From positions 1 through 50,968 of the forward strand of contig CAIYMZ010000115.1 of assembly GCA_903927415.1 (NCBI GenBank): 50,968 nt of DNA, given 5' to 3'. Every line of letters starts with the position of its first letter. Position 1 is the first letter of the stretch. The DNA comes from an uncultured Alphaproteobacteria bacterium. Lineage in GTDB: Bacteria; Pseudomonadota; Alphaproteobacteria; Rickettsiales; UBA1997. This document shows, piece by piece, positions 45,033-50,968 of this stretch. Both the position numbers and the translations under genes were made by a program. The notes beneath the pieces were generated by a model that had not been told where the DNA came from, searched no databases, and was given only the letters and a program-made list of their open reading frames with translations.

Positions 45033-47063
45033 ATGACCACCCTCTCAATCAACGGCAAATCTGTCCAGGTTCCGGATGGCATCACCATCATCCAAGCCTG
45101 CGAAATTGCTGATGTCGAAATCCCGCGCTTCTGCTACCACGAACGCTTAGCCATCGCCGGAAATTGTCGCATGTGTTTGGTTGAAGTCGCCGGCGGTCCG
45201 CCAAAGCCCGTGGCTTCTTGCGCCATGCCAGTCACTGAAGGAATGCAAGTTTTCACCGACACACCTATGGTCAAAAAAGCGCGTGAAGGGGTAATGGAAT
45301 TTTTGCTCGCTAATCATCCGCTTGATTGCCCAATTTGCGATCAAGGTGGAGAGTGTGATTTGCAAGATCAGGCCTACCAATACGGAGCCGGAAAAAGTGA
45401 ATATCACGAACATAAGCGCGCCGTAAAAGACAAAAACATGGGGCCGCTCGTCAAAACCCAAATGACACGCTGCATCCACTGCACACGCTGCGTGCGCTTC
45501 ATTGAAGATGTTGCAGGAACAGTAGAAATTGGCGCCATCGGTCGCGGCGAAAGCATGGAAATCACCACTTATCTCGAGCAAAATTTAAAATCAGAATTGT
45601 CAGGAAACATCATCGACCTCTGTCCCGTCGGCGCTCTCACCTCTAAACCTTACGCCTTCAAAGCCAGAAGTTGGGAATTGCGAAAAACCGAAAGCATCGA
45701 CGTGATGGATGCGGTTGGAAGCAACATCCGCATTGATTCGCGCGGTGTTGAAGTGATGCGAATTTTGCCGCGCTTGAATGAAGAAATTAACGAAGAATGG
45801 ATATCGGACAAAACGCGTTTTTGCTGCGACGGCCTAAAATATCAGCGCCTCGACAAGGCTTACGTGAAGCGCGATAAAAAACTTCAGCCCGTAAATTTTT
45901 CCGAAGCAATCTCGGAAGTCGCAAAAAAAATAAAATCGGTTCAAGCCAATGAAATCGCGGCTTTAACCGGACAACTCTCCGCTGCCGAAGAAATTTTCGC
46001 GCTAAGAAAATTGCTCGAAAAACTCGGCGTAAAAAATTTTGACTGTCGCCTTAGCGGCGAAAAATTAAGCGCCGACGATCGCGCTTCTTACCTCTTCAAC
46101 ACGAGAATTGCCGGAATTGATTCGGCTGATGCCTGCTTATTAATCGGCGTAAATCCGCGCAAAGATGCGCCAATTTTAAATGCCAGAATCAGAAAAAGAT
46201 TCTTGAGCAAAAAATTAAAAATAGCGGCGATTGGCTGTAACACTGATCTCACCTATGCTTACAAAAATTTGGGTGACGATGTTTCGGCGCTGAAAGAAAT
46301 TTTGGATGGTCGCGGAGAATTCGCTGAGATTCTCAAAAATTCTAAAAACCCGATGATCATCTTAGGCCATGACATGCTTGCTCACACCGATGGTGATTTA
46401 ATTTTAACTTACGCCAAAAAAATCGCCGAAAAATTCAACATGCTTCGCGAAGATTGGAATGGCTTCAATTTTTTATCGAAATCAACCGGCCTACTAAATG
46501 GCCTCACAACTGGCTTCGTCGGCTCTTCAAATGTTCCAGAAATTTTAAACAAAGCTGAAAATGGCGAAATTAAAATCGTAATTTTGCACGGAGTTGACGA
46601 CGAAATCGATTTCGAAAAATTAGAAAAAACTTTTGTGATTTACATCGGAAGCCACGGCGATCGTGGCGCGCATATTGCTGACGTAATTCTGCCAGCGGCA
46701 GCTTACAGCGAAAAAGATGCGATTTACGTCAATCTTGAGGGGCGTCCGCAAAGCACTGTTTGCGCCTCTTCAACGCTTGGTGAGGCAAAAGAAGATGCTG
46801 AAATTATTTTGGAACTCGCGCAAAAACTTCACATCGATCTTGGATTTAAAAACATTGCCGGCCTTAGGAAAGCGCTGTCTAACGAACATTTAATTTTTAA
46901 AGATTTAGAAAAAATTTCTCCTGCAATTTGGAAAAAATCCGCTGAGTTAGAAGGAGATTTTTTCAACCAAAAAATCGCGATTAAAGATTTCGATTTTTAC
47001 CTCACTAACCCAATCGCTCGAGCTTCTCGCACGTTGAATAAATGCAGCGCAGAACTTTCGTAA
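45033..47063 (+). CDS. nuoG: NADH-quinone oxidoreductase subunit G
   Basis: Start moved to the ATG at 45033 (MTTLSINGKSV). [2Fe-2S] and [4Fe-4S] motifs CYHERLAIAGNCRMC, HPLDCPICDQGGECDLQD, CIHCTRCVRF and CPVGALT. Confidence 0.93.
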   Translation: MTTLSINGKSVQVPDGITIIQACEIADVEIPRFCYHERLAIAGNCRMCLVEVAGGPPKPVASCAMPVTEGMQVFTDTPMVKKAREGVMEFLLANHPLDCPICDQGGECDLQDQAYQYGAGKSEYHEHKRAVKDKNMGPLVKTQMTRCIHCTRCVRFIEDVAGTVEIGAIGRGESMEITTYLEQNLKSELSGNIIDLCPVGALTSKPYAFKARSWELRKTESIDVMDAVGSNIRIDSRGVEVMRILPRLNEEINEEWISDKTRFCCDGLKYQRLDKAYVKRDKKLQPVNFSEAISEVAKKIKSVQANEIAALTGQLSAAEEIFALRKLLEKLGVKNFDCRLSGEKLSADDRASYLFNTRIAGIDSADACLLIGVNPRKDAPILNARIRKRFLSKKLKIAAIGCNTDLTYAYKNLGDDVSALKEILDGRGEFAEILKNSKNPMIILGHDMLAHTDGDLILTYAKKIAEKFNMLREDWNGFNFLSKSTGLLNGLTTGFVGSSNVPEILNKAENGEIKIVILHGVDDEIDFEKLEKTFVIYIGSHGDRGAHIADVILPAAAYSEKDAIYVNLEGRPQSTVCASSTLGEAKEDAEIILELAQKLHIDLGFKNIAGLRKALSNEHLIFKDLEKISPAIWKKSAELEGDFFNQKIAIKDFDFYLTNPIARASRTLNKCSAELS

Positions 47064-47069
47064 AACCAC

Positions 47070-47097
47070 TTGCAAAAAAACTTTCGCTTCATAGCTT
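47070..47097 (+). promoter_or_regulatory. Candidate promoter of rpsP
   Basis: TTGCAA-N16-TAGCTT followed by the GC-rich GCCGCGC. Confidence 0.3.
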
Positions 47098-47142
47098 GCC
47101 GCGCTCCTCACCGTCAGTCACTTTCAAAATAAATTTAAAAAA

Positions 47143-47502
47143 ATGTTAAAAATTCGTCTCTCTAGAGGCGGCAGAAAAAATTTGCCCTTCTATCGCATCT
47201 TAGTCACTAACCACACTTCTCCGCGGGATTCCAAATTTCTTGAAAAGGTTGGCACTTACAACCCATTGCTTGCTGACGATAAAGAAAGTCGCGTCACCAT
47301 CAATAAAGAACGCATCGAACATTGGCTTTCAGTTGGTGCAAAACCAACAGAAAAAGTTGCAAAATTTTTGATCTCTCTTGGTGTTAAAGGCGCTGAAAAA
47401 TACAAACCTGATTTCAAACCAAAGGCCAAAGGCACTAGCTTGAAGAAAAAGGCTTTGGAAAAATTAGCGAAGGCTAATGAAGCTGCAACTGCAGCAGCGT
47501 AG
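47143..47502 (+). CDS. rpsP: 30S ribosomal protein S16
   Basis: 119 aa. MLKIRLSRGGRKNLPFYRILV and GTYNPL. Confidence 0.93.
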   Translation: MLKIRLSRGGRKNLPFYRILVTNHTSPRDSKFLEKVGTYNPLLADDKESRVTINKERIEHWLSVGAKPTEKVAKFLISLGVKGAEKYKPDFKPKAKGTSLKKKALEKLAKANEAATAAA

Positions 47503-47507
47503 GCTAT

Positions 47508-47536
47508 AAGGGCGGGTAAATCCCGCCCTTTTTTTT
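47508..47536 (+). terminator. Rho-independent terminator of rpsP
   Basis: GGGCGGG-TAAAT-CCCGCCC followed by T8. Confidence 0.85.
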
Positions 47537-47577
47537 GTCCATACCCATTCAAGTTGAAGAAGCCGAACTCATTTTGG

Positions 47578-47661
47578 AGTTCGTCATTGCGAGCAAAGCG
47601 CGGCAATCCACGCGTTCCAACCAACTGGATTGCTTCGCTAACGCTCGCAATGGCGGAACTC
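47578..47661. repeat. Family-E palindromic element (CATTGCGAGC...GCTCGCAATG type)
   Basis: Outer arms are GAGTTCGTCATTGCGAGC and GCTCGCAATGGCGGAACTC. The inner stem is GCAATCCA...TGGATTGC. Translations give the ARND/LRAKRGNP-type pseudo-peptides typical of this widespread repeat. Confidence 0.75.
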
Positions 47662-47695
47662 AAGATCGGTATTTTGAATCAGTTTGGGTATAAAT

Positions 47696-48307
47696 ATGAA
47701 ATTCGAAAAAAAAATTCTCATCGCCACCAACAATAGAGGTAAATACTTCGAGATCAAATCTCTCCTCAAAAGCATCAACATCGAATCAGTTCCAACATTC
47801 CAATTTAACCTCGAAGAGCCGGAAGAAACTGGAAAAACTTTCGCCGAAAATTCTCTCATCAAAGCAAAATTTTACGCTCAAAAAACAGGATTAGTTTCTC
47901 TTGCTGATGATTCCGGATTATGCGCCTCCGCCATGAATGGCGCGCCAGGAATTCATTCGGCGCGTTTTGCGCTTGATGAGAAAGGTGAAAAAAATTTCCC
48001 CGCAGCTTTCAAAAAAATCTCCGAAAAAATTTCAGAAAATCCTCGCGCTCACTTCATTTGCAATCTTGCAATTTTTGATCCTAAAACAAATTTTGAAATT
48101 TTTTTTGAAGGAAGAGTTGACGGGACACTAACCTTCCCAGCTCGCGGAAATCAAGGCTTCGGCTATGATCCGATCTTCATCAAAAATGGAATGAAAAAAA
48201 CTTTTGGCGAAATTTCTGCAGAAGAAAAAGATAAAATTTCCCACCGCGCTGAAGCATTCAAGAAGTTAAAAAACTGGCTTGTAAACCAAGCTCAACTTCC
48301 TATCTAA
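47696..48307 (+). CDS. rdgB: dITP/XTP pyrophosphatase (RdgB/HAM1)
   Basis: ATG at 47696 (MKFEKKILIATNN). DDSGLCASAMNGAPGIHSARF, GFGYDPIF and ISHRAEAF. Confidence 0.9.
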   Translation: MKFEKKILIATNNRGKYFEIKSLLKSINIESVPTFQFNLEEPEETGKTFAENSLIKAKFYAQKTGLVSLADDSGLCASAMNGAPGIHSARFALDEKGEKNFPAAFKKISEKISENPRAHFICNLAIFDPKTNFEIFFEGRVDGTLTFPARGNQGFGYDPIFIKNGMKKTFGEISAEEKDKISHRAEAFKKLKNWLVNQAQLPI

Positions 48308-48357
48308 ACCTCTCTCCTATCGGTCAACTGACAACCAACAACCGGCAATTAGATTCC

Positions 48358-49482
48358 ATGTCCAAACGCGATTACTACGAAATTCTTGGCGTCACAAAAA
48401 ACTCTTCGGACGACGAAATAAAAAAATCCTACCGCAAGCTGGCGATGCAGTATCATCCTGATCGCAATCCAGAAAATAAAGAGGCGGAAGCTAAATTCAA
48501 AGAAGCGACCGAGGCTTACGAGGTTTTAAAAGACGCGCAGAAAAAAGCGGCTTACGATCAATTTGGTCATCAGGCTTTTGGTCAAGGCGGAGGTCACAGC
48601 GGTGGACAAGGACACGGCTTCGAAGGCTTCGACTTTAACGACATTTTCAGCAACTTTTCTGATATTTTCGGCGAAATGGGCGGACGCCAAACTAAAAAAA
48701 GAAGCGCGGCGCAACGTGGCAGCGACATCCGCTACAATCTAGAAATTTCATTGGAAGAAGCATTTCGCGGCACGGTAGAAAAAATTTCCTTCACCATCCC
48801 ATCAACTTGTGAAAGCTGTCATGGCGCTGGCGGAGAAAAATCTGATATTTGTGGCACTTGCAAAGGAAATGGCAAAATGCGAGCGCAGCAAGGTTTTTTC
48901 ATCGTTGAGCGCACTTGCACAACTTGCAGCGGTTCAGGCCAAGTAATAAAAAATCCGTGCAAAACCTGCCGAGGCGAGGGTCGAGTCAATAAAGAAAAAA
49001 CCTTATCGGTAAAAATTCCGGCGGGAGTTGAAGAAGGAAATCGCATTCGCTTAAGCGGTGAAGGCGAAGCCGGATCACGTGGTGGCACTGCTGGAGATCT
49101 CTACGTTTACATCACGATTCGCAAACACCAATTTTTTACGCGCAAAACCGATGATATTCATTTTGAAATACCGCTGAAATTCACGACAGCAGCACTTGGT
49201 GGCGCCATCGAAATTCCAACAATTGACGGCACAAAAGCGAAATTACAAATTCCCGAGGGCGCACAAAATGGAGATAATTTCCGCTTAAAATCAAAAGGCA
49301 TGAGTGTGATAAATTCTGGCGGCCGTAGGGGTGACATGTATGTCAAAATCAACATCGAAACACCGGTGAAGCTTTCGGGAGATGAGCGCGAATTGTTGAT
49401 GAAGCTGGATAAACTGATGATTGCGAAGGCGAGTAATCCAAAATCGGAAAGTTTTTTTAAGAAGGTGACGGACTTTTTTTAA
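48358..49482 (+). CDS. dnaJ: Molecular chaperone DnaJ
   Basis: 374 aa. J domain DYYEILGV...YHPDRN. Gly-rich linker. Four CxxCxGxG zinc repeats. Confidence 0.95.
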   Translation: MSKRDYYEILGVTKNSSDDEIKKSYRKLAMQYHPDRNPENKEAEAKFKEATEAYEVLKDAQKKAAYDQFGHQAFGQGGGHSGGQGHGFEGFDFNDIFSNFSDIFGEMGGRQTKKRSAAQRGSDIRYNLEISLEEAFRGTVEKISFTIPSTCESCHGAGGEKSDICGTCKGNGKMRAQQGFFIVERTCTTCSGSGQVIKNPCKTCRGEGRVNKEKTLSVKIPAGVEEGNRIRLSGEGEAGSRGGTAGDLYVYITIRKHQFFTRKTDDIHFEIPLKFTTAALGGAIEIPTIDGTKAKLQIPEGAQNGDNFRLKSKGMSVINSGGRRGDMYVKINIETPVKLSGDERELLMKLDKLMIAKASNPKSESFFKKVTDFF

Positions 49483-49498
49483 AAAATTTAAAAAAAAT

Positions 49499-49674
49499 CC
49501 GTCATCCTTGGCCTGAAAGGCCGAGGATCTCGTGAGATTAGCTTCAGAGCTCTCAACGCCAGACGGAGTTTGTAACTCCGTCTGAATGTTCATTTCCATC
49601 TCTAGCTTTAACTGAACATGAGGACGGAGTTACAAACTCCGTCCTGCTTCGGTCATTCTGACTCAAGGATGACG
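49499..49674. repeat. Composite element: family-C left arm, two family-D hairpins, and a short family-C right terminus
   Basis: CCGTCATCCTTGGCCTGAAAGGCCGAGGATCTCGTGAG (49499-49536). Hairpins at 49560-49584 and 49621-49645. The terminal AAGGATGACG (49665-49674) pairs with 49500-49509. Confidence 0.75.
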
Positions 49675-50736
49675 ATTATATTTTTTCTCCCTCTCCGACT
49701 CCGACTTCAACTGTCCGCAAGCCGCTAAAACATCATCTCCGCGCGTCTTTCTAATCGGCGAAATTAAATCGGCATCTTTCAAAATTTTTTGGAATTTTTG
49801 GATTTGCAAAAGCGCAGTGCGATCATATTCACAGCCATTCCACGGGTTGAAGGGAATTAAATTTATTTTCACATTCAGGTTAAATTTCTTGATGAGCTTG
49901 ATCAATTCTTGGGCGTGAATTTCTTGGTCATTTTTGCCGGCAAGCATCACATATTCGAAAGTGATTTTTTGCTGCGGATTTTCACGATTATAAATTTTGC
50001 AAGCAGCCAAAAGTTCAGCGAGCGGATATTTTTTATTGATGGCCATGATGTCCGTGCGAAGCGCGTCATTCGTGGCATGAAGCGAGATCGCCAAATTCGT
50101 TTTCAACTCTTTCGAGCAACGTAAAATTTCCGGAACAAGTCCCGAAGTTGAGATCGTAATTTTGCGCGCCGATAAATCTAAGCCGTCAACATCATTCAAA
50201 ATTTTCACCGCCTTGGCAACATTTTCGTAATTAAAAAAAGGCTCGCCCATGCCCATGAACACTATATTGGTCAGCTTCCGAGTTTTTTTGTCCCAGTCAG
50301 AAATTAAATCTTTAGCGAGTAAAATCTGCGCGATGATTTCGTGAAATTCCAAATTGCGCACCCAAGTTTGCGTGCCGGTGTGGCAGAATTTACAAGCCAA
50401 TGTGCAGCCGACTTGCGATGAGATGCAGAGCGTGCCGCGAGTCTCTTCCGGAATGTAAACCACCTCAACTTCTCGACCATCCTCAAATTTCACCAACCAT
50501 TTTCGCGTGCCGTCAAATGAGGTTAAATCTTTAGAAATTTCCGGCCGAGAAAGTGAAAAATTTTCGGATAATTTTTGCCGCATTTCCTGCGAAATATTCG
50601 TCATCTCCTCGAAAGATTTTACACCGCGCGCATAAATCCAATTCCAAATCTGCTTAGCGCGAAATGGCTTTTCGCCTAGGTTGGCGAGGCCTGCTTCGAG
50701 CTCTTGTTTGGTAAAATGAGTGAGATTTTTAATCAC
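49663..50736 (-). CDS. rlmN: 23S rRNA/tRNA (adenine-C2)-methyltransferase RlmN, radical SAM
   Basis: 357 aa, GTG start. FRAKQIWNWIY, radical-SAM CTLACKFCHTG, GMGEPF and a conserved C-terminal-region Cys (AACGQL). Confidence 0.92.
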   Translation of the reverse strand: MIKNLTHFTKQELEAGLANLGEKPFRAKQIWNWIYARGVKSFEEMTNISQEMRQKLSENFSLSRPEISKDLTSFDGTRKWLVKFEDGREVEVVYIPEETRGTLCISSQVGCTLACKFCHTGTQTWVRNLEFHEIIAQILLAKDLISDWDKKTRKLTNIVFMGMGEPFFNYENVAKAVKILNDVDGLDLSARKITISTSGLVPEILRCSKELKTNLAISLHATNDALRTDIMAINKKYPLAELLAACKIYNRENPQQKITFEYVMLAGKNDQEIHAQELIKLIKKFNLNVKINLIPFNPWNGCEYDRTALLQIQKFQKILKDADLISPIRKTRGDDVLAACGQLKSESEREKKYNRHP

Positions 50737-50739
50737 ATC

Positions 50740-50868
50740 TTAAGCGGGTTTATTTATTTCCTTTTTGGCCTGGCGTCGAATTTTTTTATTCAATTCTTTC
50801 GCCTGTTTTTTGTTGCGATGTTTGTTCCAAGAAGCGGAGTGTTTTAGTTTTTTTAAGTCGTTACTCAT
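50740..50868 (-). CDS. Candidate 42-aa highly basic small protein (not in the ORF track)
   Basis: Hand translation gives MSNDLKKLKHSASWNKHRNKKQAKELNKKIRRQAKKEINKPA. Its stop lies 3 nt upstream of the rlmN GTG. Confidence 0.3.
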   Translation of the reverse strand: MSNDLKKLKHSASWNKHRNKKQAKELNKKIRRQAKKEINKPA

Positions 50869-50922
50869 GGTGTTTGACTATACTCTTTCAAGTTGAAGAT
50901 ACCGATTTCCTTTTCATCTTTC

Positions 50923-50968
50923 TGGACCCCGCAACAAGTGCGGGGTGACAACTCATACTCAGTGTCAC
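50923..50968. repeat. Family-A core, copy at the window end
   Basis: TGGACCCCGCAACAAGTGCGGGGTGAC (50923-50949) is identical to 1862-1888. It is preceded by the TTCAAGTTGAAGA module (50887-50899), which is also seen at 47548-47560. Confidence 0.8.

Noticed and set aside
47256-47663. ORFs of 60-135 aa spanning repeat-filled spacers: 1648-1917, 17734-18009, 40946-41149, 41093-41305, 47256-47663, 47554-47736, 49291-49599 and 43500-43700.
   Set aside because: Their sequences are translations of the palindromic repeats (for example ...LPRFARNDEL..., ...SSLAEGRGSQ...). They overlap terminators or real genes, so they are treated as repeat artefacts rather than genes.

Overview
AT-rich, gene-dense chromosomal segment with about 50 protein genes and one tRNA. 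Gene content and organisation look like an obligate-intracellular alphaproteobacterium (Rickettsiales/Holosporales-like). No database search was possible, so all product calls rest on motifs read from the supplied translations. Housekeeping content: cysK/cysE/metC; tolB, ampG, murB and dat (peptidoglycan and envelope); hslV; ubiE; queA and tgt (queuosine); eno; pdhA/pdhB; dnaG-rpoD; ssb; nuoG; dnaJ; rlmN; and ribosomal proteins L28, S9, L13 and S16. Accessory content: three pieces of a scattered rvh-type type IV secretion system (virB4, a 1005-aa virB6-like gene, and an isolated virB2-like pilin gene next to rpmB); an orphan prepilin-like protein with a LamG-like C-terminus; a secreted transglutaminase-like protein; and an Abi_2-like abortive-infection gene fused into the metC-hinT operon. 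Classical operons are fragmented: hslV lacks hslU, tolB lacks tolQRA/pal, dnaJ lacks dnaK, and nuoG stands alone. The most distinctive layer is non-coding. Almost every spacer longer than about 100 bp is filled by a few families of palindromic, modular repeats. One is a 207-bp foldback element flanked by a direct duplication that regenerates two stop-codon regions. Another supplies the last codons and stop of rlmN. Palindromic segments also sit in-frame inside ubiE, eno and trmB, in the manner of Rickettsia palindromic elements. A separate oddity is tandem GCCTAAY heptamer arrays placed 4-6 nt upstream of the virB4 and nuoG start codons and in-frame in trmB. I found no CRISPR array, integrase, transposase or rRNA.
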